Positions 38,639 through 47,917 of a DNA stretch of 64,000 nt are shown in pieces. The DNA is from Anaerolineales bacterium. Its GTDB lineage: Bacteria > Chloroflexota > Anaerolineae > Anaerolineales > UBA11858. A program made the position numbers and the translations under genes. The notes below the pieces were generated by a model that was not told the origin of the DNA, made no database searches, and was given only the letters and a program-made list of their open reading frames with translations. The DNA lies in contig JAGXKM010000002.1 of the NCBI GenBank assembly GCA_018335275.1, forward strand, positions 12,233 to 76,232, given 5' to 3'. Position 1 is the stretch's first letter, and the number at the start of each line of letters is the position of its first letter.

Positions 38639-39178
38639 TTAGAACTCACCGGTTTCCATCTTCTCCAGAATCGAATAAAGCAGCTCAAGCAAGGTGTTTT
38701 TAACGGACTCTTTGTCTGTGGCTATGCACGGTAAAAGTTTTACATCTGGGTCAAGGCGCAGTGCTATCCGCATATCCGAAGGTTCCCAAGCATCTTCCAG
38801 GTCTTGCTTGTTAGCAGTGACGACATAAGGTGTGGGAGCGTAAGCCCGGAAGGTTTCTAAAATTCTGCGGGCCTCACGGAAGGTCTCAGGTCGAGAACTG
38901 TCAACCATGACCACAAAACCAAGCATACCTTCAGAGAGGATTTCCCACATAAAATCAAAACGTTTCTGGCCCGGGGTCCCAAATAAATAGAGGACAAGAT
39001 CATCATCAACAGTAATCCTGCCAAAATCCATGGCAACCGTTGTCGTTTCTTTGATGCGTTCCGATTCTTGGGATATTTTGCGCTCTGTGTTAACAACGTC
39101 AATTTCACTTACCGATTGAATGAATTGAGTTTTTCCAGAACTAAATGGTCCGGTAACAACCATTTTGACAGTTTGCAT
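38639..39178 (-). CDS. Small Ras-like GTPase of the COG2229/CvnD ('ATP/GTP-binding protein') type
   Basis: It has G1 'GPFSSGKT', G3 'FGTPGQ' and G4 'ANKQD' in a 179-aa protein. Confidence 0.82.
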   Translation of the reverse strand: MQTVKMVVTGPFSSGKTQFIQSVSEIDVVNTERKISQESERIKETTTVAMDFGRITVDDDLVLYLFGTPGQKRFDFMWEILSEGMLGFVVMVDSSRPETFREARRILETFRAYAPTPYVVTANKQDLEDAWEPSDMRIALRLDPDVKLLPCIATDKESVKNTLLELLYSILEKMETGEF

Positions 39179-39226
39179 ATGGAGAAATCCTTTCTTGATT
39201 CCTGATCCGAGTTTTTTTTATGATTA

Positions 39227-40045
39227 CTACAGCGATCTTATCCGTTTAATAATCCGATTCACCAGGGTTTTTTGTTCGTCTTTGCCTTCAACGGGCAAAG
39301 AAGGCGCTTGCGGCTGAGGGGGTTTTTTACCTTCTGGTCGAATGATTTGCACTAAACCTGCTTGAAGCAGGCTATATACAATGCGTCTAAATTCGAGTTC
39401 ATTCATCTTCGTTTTATTGGCGATCTGACGCATACTGTTTTTGGGATTTATATACGAAACCACACCCCATTCTTTTGCACTTAAGTTTACGTTTCGGATG
39501 TTCGTTCCAGGGTTATCAGTAAATTTAAGGGCCATATCTAAACTGGGGATTTCATCTTGAAGACGTTCCAGCTCTTTTAATCTTCTGGATCCTTCTATGA
39601 TAATGTTTTCCAAGCTGATGCGCAGGGAAATTTTGTCGGGATCTGGAAGTCGATTATTACGGAATTGAAATAACCCCTCGCCCCAGGTGAAGATATTGTT
39701 TGTGGTTTCGACGAACTCATATTTCAAACTAGTTAAGATTTCTTGTTGGTTCAGATAATTAGCATTGATAAGCATCAGGCCCAATTCTTTATCCCCGATA
39801 TTTCCCGCCTGCTTTTTTATAATTTGGTATTGTTTCTTTGATAATTTATCGTTTCTATATAAAATTCCCGCCAAACTCCCGTCTGTAGAATCTTTATGTG
39901 CATATGAGAGTTTCCCGTCTTCGAATGAGATCCAGGCGTCATGGTTCGGCCCATTAATAACAAGGGTGCCGGTTTTTTTGGCGATCTTTATTAAATTTAA
40001 AAGCTGTGAGAATGAAAAATCTCTCAGGTTCCCTTTTAAAGCCAT
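39227..40045 (-). CDS. DUF4388 (PATAN-like) domain protein with a C-terminal winged-helix-like segment
   Basis: The N-terminus 'LKGNLRDFSFSQLLNLIKIAKKTGTLVI' is the DUF4388 signature. It lies immediately upstream of, and on the same strand as, the small GTPase. Confidence 0.7.
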   Translation of the reverse strand: MALKGNLRDFSFSQLLNLIKIAKKTGTLVINGPNHDAWISFEDGKLSYAHKDSTDGSLAGILYRNDKLSKKQYQIIKKQAGNIGDKELGLMLINANYLNQQEILTSLKYEFVETTNNIFTWGEGLFQFRNNRLPDPDKISLRISLENIIIEGSRRLKELERLQDEIPSLDMALKFTDNPGTNIRNVNLSAKEWGVVSYINPKNSMRQIANKTKMNELEFRRIVYSLLQAGLVQIIRPEGKKPPQPQAPSLPVEGKDEQKTLVNRIIKRIRSL

Positions 40046-40185
40046 TACACTTCCATTGAACCTTTAACTAAATATGTGGAGATTATACATTCATAAATTA
40101 TATCAGTCAAATGAGGGAGGAACCAAGGTAGAATGCTTAATAAATTTATTAGTTGCATTGGAATGACTTATTTTAGCCTCTGATC

Positions 40186-40214
40186 TTGACATGTTACCGA
40201 CCTCAATATATAAT
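40186..40214 (+). promoter_or_regulatory. Consensus sigma70 promoter of tRNA-Asn (TTGACA-17 nt-TATAAT)
   Basis: A perfect -35 (40186-40191) and a perfect -10 (40209-40214) have 17-nt spacing. The tRNA starts 18 nt downstream. Confidence 0.6.
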
Positions 40215-40231
40215 CTTGCCGCAATAAACAA

Positions 40232-40303
40232 TCCCCGGTAGCTCAATGGTAGAGCGGTCGGCTGTTAACCGATAGGTTGCAGGTTCGAATCCCGCCCGGG
40301 GAG
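40232..40303 (+). tRNA. tRNA-Asn (anticodon GTT)
   Basis: I folded the cloverleaf manually. The acceptor stem is TCCCCGG/CCGGGGA and the D arm is GCTC-AATGGTA-GAGC. The anticodon arm is GTCGG-CTGTTAA-CCGAT. The T arm is GCAGG-TTCGAAT-CCCGC with one A-C mismatch. No CCA is encoded. Confidence 0.82.
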
Positions 40304-40311
40304 CTGAAATC

Positions 40312-40347
40312 ACACCTCTCATCAAGGAGAGGTGTTTCCTTATTTTT
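40312..40347 (+). terminator. Rho-independent terminator after tRNA-Asn
   Basis: The stem ACACCTCTC (40312-40320) pairs with GAGAGGTGT (40327-40335) and is followed by TTCCTTATTTTT. Confidence 0.65.
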
Positions 40348-40367
40348 AACTATCATGGAGATGGCTC

Positions 40368-41696
40368 TTACCTATGGCCCTTTACGGCTTGGATGGCAGG
40401 GCGACTGCGGAGCCATAACCATCCCGCTTGAGCAGTCATCCCAAAAGAAAAACCTGCTGTTCCAACAATGATCCCGGCAGGTTCATTCCAATAAATCCCT
40501 ATCCCATATGTAATCAAACTAGCAGCCAAGAAAACAGCAACTGCTTCAGGCACCCCTCTGGTCTTTTGTGAGTGAAGCATCACGCCTTGATACCAACTTT
40601 GAAGGGCGTTAGCGCCCGGTACAAGCATGCCAGACCAGAGAGCGATTTCTGCCAATTGAGTAAGATCGGGATCGAGAGAGGATATATGCCGAAACCAAAG
40701 CTCTGATAAAGGCGTGACAGCCATTACAAATAGAATGCATGTTGTTGAAAGGGTGATTACAGCAGTAAATTTTTTCAATGGTGAATAGGCTTGAGTTTTT
40801 CCTAAAAGGGCGACAACGACCTCATTATAAGCAACGCCGGGACTGCGGAAAATGAAAAGCAACCCCGAGATCACAGGCCAAACGGCAAGGGAGTCTATGG
40901 GTCTGGGCATACGGCTGAGAGCAGCGCTGATCAAGGGTTGAGAAAGCAAGGTCATTAGGGAAGTCAAAGCAAGAGGGAAATAAAACTTAATGAAAGATTG
41001 ACGAGTAAGCTCTGCCTCAGCAGCAGGTGCGGGTTTTAGTTGATTTTTAACCACAGGATGAACACGGAGCCCAACATACACAGCTTCACAGATCACCCCA
41101 GCTGATACCGCACTTGTCGCGATCAGAATGCCCGGGATGTCTTTGATGATCATACCGATTAAGAGCACGATACCATCCGCTGTGAGGCGAACAAGGGTGC
41201 CAACACTGACAGTGCGAGTGTGATCAAAACGGATTAATACTCCCTGGTTAAATCTACGGTAAGCGATTGCCCATGTCCAAGGCAGCATGATCATCAATCC
41301 GGTTCGAGCGGGAGAAATGATTTCCTGAGGAGCGCCAATGATTTGACTTGAAATGAGATCATATAAAGGTGTAAAAGCTATCAGGGCATGGATTGCAGTT
41401 AGTGAAGCACCAGAAATCATCATGAACTTTCGAATCTTCCTGTAGGAACTCCAATCTTTACTCAAAGCGGTTGAAGCTGCAAGCAGCATGATCACGGGCG
41501 CTTCGACGATCAGGGCGATGGGGAAGACGATCCCGCCATATGCTGCTAAATTGATTTTTGGGTTGGCTAATCGAGCCATCACAGCGCTGATGGCCGGCAA
41601 TTCCAGAGCCATCAGCAACCAGCTGGCGGCAAGCGGCCACCAAGTTCTTGTAATTCCAGGTATATCCAGGGCGTTTTTAGGTTGATGTTTTGGCAT
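40368..41696 (-). CDS. 12-TM transporter, MATE/MOP-superfamily-like
   Basis: It is a 442-aa polytopic protein. Its N-terminal pattern 'ITRTWWPLAASWLL...LPAISAVMARLANPKINLAAYG' is reminiscent of MATE exporters. The family assignment is tentative. Confidence 0.5.
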   Translation of the reverse strand: MPKHQPKNALDIPGITRTWWPLAASWLLMALELPAISAVMARLANPKINLAAYGGIVFPIALIVEAPVIMLLAASTALSKDWSSYRKIRKFMMISGASLTAIHALIAFTPLYDLISSQIIGAPQEIISPARTGLMIMLPWTWAIAYRRFNQGVLIRFDHTRTVSVGTLVRLTADGIVLLIGMIIKDIPGILIATSAVSAGVICEAVYVGLRVHPVVKNQLKPAPAAEAELTRQSFIKFYFPLALTSLMTLLSQPLISAALSRMPRPIDSLAVWPVISGLLFIFRSPGVAYNEVVVALLGKTQAYSPLKKFTAVITLSTTCILFVMAVTPLSELWFRHISSLDPDLTQLAEIALWSGMLVPGANALQSWYQGVMLHSQKTRGVPEAVAVFLAASLITYGIGIYWNEPAGIIVGTAGFSFGMTAQAGWLWLRSRPAIQAVKGHR

Positions 41697-42855
41697 CAGA
41701 CTTTACTTCATTTTCCGGTAAGAGAAGAAGAGCTGGCATAGTGCACAATGAGGTAATGATCGCAATGTAGTATGCAAATTTTAAACCGAACGCATCACCA
41801 ATTATTCCAATGAGTAATAACATTCCTGCATTCGTGAGGAAAGAGAGAAGCATGTAAATCCCGTTCCCGGTTGCTCTATGGATTTTAAATTGATCCTGCA
41901 CGAGGGCTAAAAATATAGTCCCTGTTGATTTGCTGCTCATCCCGAGCATAATCAAAAAGGGGATCATTTTCCATCCAGAGGTATTTAGGAAGCCGAACAA
42001 CGTTACAGAGGATATCAACATGGCTGGGATTAAAATTTTTTTTCGGCCTATGACGTCGCTCAATGAGCCCAGCAGCAAAGCTCCTATCACACCGGAAATT
42101 TCTAGTGCAGACAGGCTGGCACCCGCAATCCACAAAGGAGAACCATTTTGCCGTAAATAGGTCGGCAGGTATGTGGAGATGGAAGCGAGTAAAAAATTGC
42201 GTAGGACTAAGATAATTGATAACGGCAAGAAAAAAGATTTGAATTTTTGTAAATCAATCGAAAAAGAAGAGGCTTTTTGAGGATGGATGTCTATTTTCTT
42301 GAGTTGTATAAAAAGAATAAGACTTGCTGCCCAACCAATGAGCATTAATCGGTAGGTCCCTTCCAAACCCCAAATGCCCACAGCCCAAACGACGAGCAAA
42401 GGGCCGAGGGTCCGACCTAAACCTCCACCGGCCATATATAAACTCATTCCGAACCCCACTCTTTTTTTAGAAGAAATACCAATAAGAGCAGGAGAAGGGG
42501 CGTGAAACAAAGCAGAACTGAATCCAGCTAACAGCAGCAATACCGCTAACACCCAGGGTGATGGCGCCAGCCCAAGAAGGCTCATAAATGTGGATGTCAA
42601 AGCAGGAGCAAAGATTACAAAATATCTAGCACTTGTTTTGTCGGATATGTATCCGAGTAAGGGGTTTAAGATTGCGGGGATACGGACCAGGGTTGTCAAA
42701 GCACCTGCAGAGGTTAGGGATAAAGATAGTTTTTGAATAATTTCTGGTAAAAGGGGAGCTAAAAAAGAAGTGTGCAGGTCATGCAGAAGGTGTCCACCAG
42801 CCACAGAATACACATCTTCGGCATTAAATGCTTTATTGCTTTTTTTTGATTCCAT
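41677..42855 (-). CDS. MFS transporter
   Basis: It has about 12 TM segments and the MFS loop motif 'GYISDKTSARY' between TM2 and TM3. Confidence 0.78.
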   Translation of the reverse strand: MESKKSNKAFNAEDVYSVAGGHLLHDLHTSFLAPLLPEIIQKLSLSLTSAGALTTLVRIPAILNPLLGYISDKTSARYFVIFAPALTSTFMSLLGLAPSPWVLAVLLLLAGFSSALFHAPSPALIGISSKKRVGFGMSLYMAGGGLGRTLGPLLVVWAVGIWGLEGTYRLMLIGWAASLILFIQLKKIDIHPQKASSFSIDLQKFKSFFLPLSIILVLRNFLLASISTYLPTYLRQNGSPLWIAGASLSALEISGVIGALLLGSLSDVIGRKKILIPAMLISSVTLFGFLNTSGWKMIPFLIMLGMSSKSTGTIFLALVQDQFKIHRATGNGIYMLLSFLTNAGMLLLIGIIGDAFGLKFAYYIAIITSLCTMPALLLLPENEVKSDAKTST

Positions 42856-42988
42856 AAAATATATCCGTGAAATACCAAAACTGGCCTGAAAACATCATCT
42901 CAGTCGTGATCCATTTTGAAAAATGCTGTTTTGTTAAAATAAAAAAAGCCTTTCCAAAATCAAAAACAGGCTCTTGAAGGATGCAGAT

Positions 42989-43264
42989 TTAACCCAATGT
43001 GAAATGCTTGCGAACGTTTTTGGTGATTTTCCAGGTGCATTTTAAGCCTTTTGGAAACGTGACCAGATCTTTTTTCTTGATTAAAACAGGTTTACCGTTT
43101 TCTGGTGTGATCAAAGCTTCCCCTTCAAGCAGGTAACAAGTTTCGCCCGAATCGTATTCCCAGGGAAATTCAGAAGCTTCTTTTGACCAGGTGGGCCAGT
43201 TAAAAACGCCCAATTCTTCCAGATGTTTTTGATCAGGGTCGTGGACGACGATAATTTCATCCAT
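42989..43264 (-). CDS. Small cupin (DUF861/cupin_3) protein
   Basis: It is a 91-aa protein. 'WPTWSKEASEFPWEYDSGETCYLLEGEALITPENG..VLIKKKDLVTFPKGLKCTWKI' fits the cupin_3 pattern. Confidence 0.7.
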   Translation of the reverse strand: MDEIIVVHDPDQKHLEELGVFNWPTWSKEASEFPWEYDSGETCYLLEGEALITPENGKPVLIKKKDLVTFPKGLKCTWKITKNVRKHFTLG

Positions 43265-43520
43265 GTTTTAACTCCTTACAAATCGGTGGAATTATAACAC
43301 AGACCCTGGAGGTTACTTCCAATGATGGTTGGATGTGTAAATCTCAACATAGAGCAGGATGAATAATCAAGAGGGATTTGTTATGGCTGATAAAGAGCGC
43401 ACATGGCAATAATGCCCTATGAGGCAGGTTTCATATTACCCCCTAAGTTGGTATTTAAGAGCGGGTAGTTAATCAGAAAAGCGCTGCCTGGGAAGCGCAT
43501 TAAAAGTTATGAGCTTGAAA

Positions 43521-44990
43521 TTAATTCTCTAAGAGAACTTCGTAGAGATTGACAGGGCGTTTACGACCTTTAACCTTGATTGGTTTCATAGGTTCCATAG
43601 AAAATTCGTCAGATATTTTCTGGTAGGTTTCCTCTCCCACTAAAAGGCGATTCGGCTTTGCGTGTTGGAGCATGCCATGAGCCACGTTGACCAAATCACC
43701 CAGAACAGTAAATTCCACCCTTTGGCTGGTGCCAACATACCCAACTACAGCGTATCCTGTTTTGACACTCAAACGCAGATTTACGGGCCGGTCGAACTCA
43801 TTGGAAAAGGTTTTGATATGTTTGATTGTGGCTATTCCTGCCTGAACGGCGCTGAGATTGTGATTGATTTGTTCATCTGACATACCGAAAACAGACATCA
43901 CACCGTCACCCAGGTAACGCACCACACCGCCTTTGTCAAAAATAATATTCGTTATTTCAAGGTAATATTTATTGAGTAATTTCCCAAACTCTTTGGCCCC
44001 CATGCTTTCTGCGAGCCCCGTGGAGTCCGTGATATCTGCGAAAAGCACCGATATCTTGCGTTCTTTTAATCCAGGCATTGTGCCATGTAAATCGTAATCC
44101 CTGAGCACATAATCAACCTCTTGTGGGGACACAAAACGTTGGAACATTTGCCGTAAACTCTGTTCTTCCTGGACTTTGTCAAGGAGATTAACCCGTTGGA
44201 TTGTGAGTGAGGCTTGGTGGCTGATGGCAATAGCCACTTGTAAGTCTGTATGAGTGAAAGGGCGAGATTCGGGCATTGATTTATACATGTAAATCAGGCC
44301 GTTAACCTCATTTTCTGACATGATGGGAACGCAGAGAGCAGATTTAATCTGAAGTAAGGCTGCGCTGTCGCTGCTGTTAATGGCGTCGCTTTTAGACATG
44401 TCTGGGATGACTACGGAAGATTTTTCCTTGATGGCGGATTGGGCTATCGTGGAGGGAAAGCCCAGATCTTCCAATTTATGAAATTGCTCTTTTAGGATAA
44501 CTTTGCATTTGTCTGCCCCCATGGCTTGTTTCATTAAGCTGGCCACTTCTTCCAGGCACTCGGGCAAATTCATAACCGTATTCAAACGTTCTGAAATTTG
44601 ATAGAGCAGGACCGTATGGTGGTCCAGAGCTTCAAGCAAGCGCTCACGAGTAAATTTTTGAGGCCCCTTGATGGCATCAAGGGGTTCTTCTGTACCTCGA
44701 ATGACGACATTCAGCGTAGAGCTGCCAATCCGAATCATGTCCAGGTGTTGCAAGCGGTATGTAAATGATAAACGCCTTCTATTGACATATGTACCATTTG
44801 TGCTTGAAAGATCCTGAAGCAAAGCCGTATCCGTGTTTCTGTTGTAATCGATCCTGGCATGGTGGCGAGATGCTGAGGGCTCTGCGATGACGATGTCATT
44901 ATTGGGGTGTCGCCCAATGGTATTACCACCAGGTTTTAACGTATATTTTGCTGGTTCTTTTCCAGGAACGCGGATCGTTATAATCCACAT
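43521..44990 (-). CDS. FHA-GAF-class III adenylate/guanylate cyclase
   Basis: The FHA domain is 'TIGRHPNNDIVIAEPSASRHHARI...STNGTYVN'. A central GAF-like region follows. The cyclase domain is 'ISVLFADITDSTGLAE...YLGDGVMSVFG...GDLVNVAHGM'. Confidence 0.85.
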   Translation of the reverse strand: MWIITIRVPGKEPAKYTLKPGGNTIGRHPNNDIVIAEPSASRHHARIDYNRNTDTALLQDLSSTNGTYVNRRRLSFTYRLQHLDMIRIGSSTLNVVIRGTEEPLDAIKGPQKFTRERLLEALDHHTVLLYQISERLNTVMNLPECLEEVASLMKQAMGADKCKVILKEQFHKLEDLGFPSTIAQSAIKEKSSVVIPDMSKSDAINSSDSAALLQIKSALCVPIMSENEVNGLIYMYKSMPESRPFTHTDLQVAIAISHQASLTIQRVNLLDKVQEEQSLRQMFQRFVSPQEVDYVLRDYDLHGTMPGLKERKISVLFADITDSTGLAESMGAKEFGKLLNKYYLEITNIIFDKGGVVRYLGDGVMSVFGMSDEQINHNLSAVQAGIATIKHIKTFSNEFDRPVNLRLSVKTGYAVVGYVGTSQRVEFTVLGDLVNVAHGMLQHAKPNRLLVGEETYQKISDEFSMEPMKPIKVKGRKRPVNLYEVLLEN

Positions 44991-45124
44991 GACGGGTTTC
45001 CTCTCTGGATTTGTATAATCTGCCCATATTATAGCTTAGTTTCCTGGGCAGATAAATAAAAAGGATGAAAATATTTGGAGATCAGAAGCATAAGAATATG
45101 TACTTGTATCTCAAAGTAATATTT

Positions 45125-46876
45125 TTACCAATTGCTTAAATTAAAAACATAGGAAAGGAGGTCTTTTCGTTCCTTTTCTGTCATGAAACGGGTTTTTGCA
45201 TCATCCACAAACTGAATTGTAATCAGCTCTGTGTTGAGATGCCGATTTTGATAAAAGACATGGAGGTCTAGAAAAGCCTTGTCTGTATATTGGTAAAAAG
45301 GCAGGCGTTGCGAGATGTCGTATTGATCAAAGAAAAGGTTCCCCAAACCATAATGGATCAAAGAATCAGCATAAAACTCAATAGGTTGGGGTTGATGAGC
45401 TTGGCTGCCGCTGACGATCACTGCTCCAGAATAGGCTAAGGATTGGAAATCCCCTCTATTGATCCGGCTTTGATTTCCGTATACTTCCTCATGCTGCATG
45501 GTGACGATTGGTAGATACCCCTCTCCTTTTAATTTTTGAATCTCTTGTCTCATCCAGGGAAAATCACACCTGGCCGCGCCCGGGGAATAAGCGGACGCAG
45601 TGGCATATCTTTTACTGGACTTTGCATTGCATCCAAAGAAGGCAAATTTATTTCCGTGATGTGAAAATGTAAGCGGTTTTAATCCCGCTTGAAGGTTCTT
45701 TCCGCCTCCGTAGACATCTAAGTCAAGTTCCTGATATAAATCAAGGGTGTGAAACATCGCTTCCGGACCGTAATCCCCTAAATGGTCCCCGCTGAGTTCA
45801 ATGATGTCAGCGCCGATAAAATTCAGTAATTCCAAATAACGGTCATCGCTGCAAAATCGCTGGCTTGAACTGTCAATCGTTGCGGGAGGGCAATTTGAAA
45901 CGAAAGGGACTTCGTTGTTGATGTGAGTGAAATCCGCACTCTGCAAGAAAGCACCGATGTTCTCCGCCGGATATGTGATTCCCTTTTCCTCCATTAAACG
46001 TGCTGTATCCCGGACGAGCGCGGTCACGCCGGTAAGTATCAGTGTTGTCATTTCCTCTGGATTGCGATTCGTGAGGTTTGTGTTTTTAGAGAGAAAAGAT
46101 TCTCGATGGTCCGGATAACCGGAAACGCTGATGGGGATGGACAACAGATCTGTAGAAGGTGTGAAATCCTCATGGATTGCTTTTTGCCCCGAAACGCTGA
46201 GAATTTTCCACTTTGGTTCCAACTCTGAAAATGGAATCACAGCCCAGGATTCTGGATCGGGCCAGAGGGTATCCAGTATTTCATTCTCGGGCACAATGGA
46301 GATAGAATCTACATCTGGTGGACCCAGCCGGGAAGATAACATATGGCGGGTCTCATCAGACATAAGCAGTGGTTGATTTGCGTATAAACCTTTGGAAATC
46401 CCCTCCCAGAAAAGTTTTAGCCTAGTAGGTTTTATTCCCTCATGCAAAGACGGGAAAGGGGAGACAAGTACATAAGTCCAATACCCCACGACATCCTGAT
46501 CACCTATGAATATTTTTATTGAGGCCTCTTCAGGTCGATCTGTTTCCGAAAAACCTTGAGGGATATGAATCATTTCTTTTAAGTTTGTGGGAAAAACAGG
46601 GTCTATCCAGACCATTTTTGAAATTTCTGTGGAAACGGGAGGCGAGGTTGGGTGAATGATGTCCGTTGAGGCGCTTGTGCTGGTTGGAATTCTTTCCCTG
46701 GGATAAGCACTTGGTACGTTCGTTTCTTGTGGGACTGGTTTTCCGATTTTTGTTGCCGTTGGAGAAGGAGATAAGCCAGAAGAGAAACAAGCAGCGAGAG
46801 GAATGGAGATTAAAAAGAGAAAAATTTTTATCCACCAGACTACTTTATTGTTAATTTGCAGGAATGCCAGGTTCAT
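45125..46876 (-). CDS. CapA/PGA_cap-family metallophosphatase-like lipoprotein
   Basis: The C-terminal part 'LTGVTALVRDTA', 'ELSGDHLGDYG' and 'VSGSQAHQPQPIE...HYGLGNLFFDQ' matches the poly-gamma-glutamate CapA family. The start at 46876 gives a signal peptide ending 'PLAAC'. The longer track ORF would overlap the upstream SDR. Confidence 0.72.
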   Translation of the reverse strand: MNLAFLQINNKVVWWIKIFLFLISIPLAACFSSGLSPSPTATKIGKPVPQETNVPSAYPRERIPTSTSASTDIIHPTSPPVSTEISKMVWIDPVFPTNLKEMIHIPQGFSETDRPEEASIKIFIGDQDVVGYWTYVLVSPFPSLHEGIKPTRLKLFWEGISKGLYANQPLLMSDETRHMLSSRLGPPDVDSISIVPENEILDTLWPDPESWAVIPFSELEPKWKILSVSGQKAIHEDFTPSTDLLSIPISVSGYPDHRESFLSKNTNLTNRNPEEMTTLILTGVTALVRDTARLMEEKGITYPAENIGAFLQSADFTHINNEVPFVSNCPPATIDSSSQRFCSDDRYLELLNFIGADIIELSGDHLGDYGPEAMFHTLDLYQELDLDVYGGGKNLQAGLKPLTFSHHGNKFAFFGCNAKSSKRYATASAYSPGAARCDFPWMRQEIQKLKGEGYLPIVTMQHEEVYGNQSRINRGDFQSLAYSGAVIVSGSQAHQPQPIEFYADSLIHYGLGNLFFDQYDISQRLPFYQYTDKAFLDLHVFYQNRHLNTELITIQFVDDAKTRFMTEKERKDLLSYVFNLSNW

Positions 46877-46925
46877 GGAAACCAGCCTGAAAAGTGAAGG
46901 GAACGAGAGAGAAAGCAAGTTGTTA

Positions 46926-47741
46926 TTAAATGTCTGCCTCGTCAGCATATTGGGAGCAAATTTGGAACAGTGATTCCACTTTTTGTTTATCGTCCCCGTA
47001 AGGACAGTGAACCTGTTGTTTGCGTTCAAAATATTGGCCGGTTACATTTTTTACCGCTGGGGAGGTTGCTAACCAGACGGGTGTTTCTGCCCCTTGGTCT
47101 GGTGTTTGATGACCGCCAAAACCAAGGTTATTGCTTAATGTCGAGTTGACATCACCCGGGTGGCAGGCATTGACCATCACATTATCTTGTTTTAGCCGGT
47201 CAGCAAAAGCCACTGTCAACATTCTGTCTGCTTGTTTTGACTGACGATATGCGGCGCCATTGCTGTAAGGTCGCTGTTCAAATTCAAGATCATTCAAGTC
47301 TAAACCACCTGCCCAGTAACTGGCTACGTTGATTATTCGTGATGGGGAAAATTCGATAAGAAGGTCTTTAAATTCCTGGATCATCCAAAAATACCCCAGC
47401 ACATTCGTCGCAAATTGTAATTCTATTCCCTCTGGTGTTTCCTTCCGTTCTTTTGGAGTGATTCCCGCGTTGTTGATTAATATATCCAAGCGACCTGACC
47501 AACGACACCTAAGGTCTTGGATCGATACCAGGCGAGAAAGATCCACAAGCTGGTAATCAACTTGCTCGTTACCTGTAGCTGAGACGATGTCTTTTACGGA
47601 TTTCTGAGATTTCTTTTCGTCACGGCTGAAAAGAGTGACGGAATACCCATTAGACGCTAATTGTCTCGATATCGCTTTTCCAATGGCCCCTGTCCCGCCT
47701 GTGACTGCTGCGGACTTAAAACTGGAGTCTGATATTGGCAT
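46926..47741 (-). CDS. Short-chain dehydrogenase/reductase
   Basis: It contains 'VTGGTGAIGKAI', 'NNAG' and 'YRQSK'. The ATG at 47741 is preceded by GAGGA. Confidence 0.8.
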   Translation of the reverse strand: MPISDSSFKSAAVTGGTGAIGKAISRQLASNGYSVTLFSRDEKKSQKSVKDIVSATGNEQVDYQLVDLSRLVSIQDLRCRWSGRLDILINNAGITPKERKETPEGIELQFATNVLGYFWMIQEFKDLLIEFSPSRIINVASYWAGGLDLNDLEFEQRPYSNGAAYRQSKQADRMLTVAFADRLKQDNVMVNACHPGDVNSTLSNNLGFGGHQTPDQGAETPVWLATSPAVKNVTGQYFERKQQVHCPYGDDKQKVESLFQICSQYADEADI

Positions 47742-47917
47742 AGAAAGGTCCTCATAAATCATAAAAGAAATCACAATGGGTAGTGTAGCGCATCGGTTGG
47801 CGCGCGTCAATATGAGCATTTATGCTTGGATGAGATGTGGCTGCGGAGTATAATAAACAGTAAGGCTTTAACCTTTAAATTTATTTAGATAATCAAATTA
47901 AAGAATGGGGTCGCAAA

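Noticed and set aside
40186-40347. tRNA-Asn as an integration hotspot marking a genomic island.
   Set aside because: There is no integrase, no duplicated tRNA 3' fragment that I could see nearby and no phage or mobile-element genes on either side. The flanking genes are ordinary transporters and regulators.
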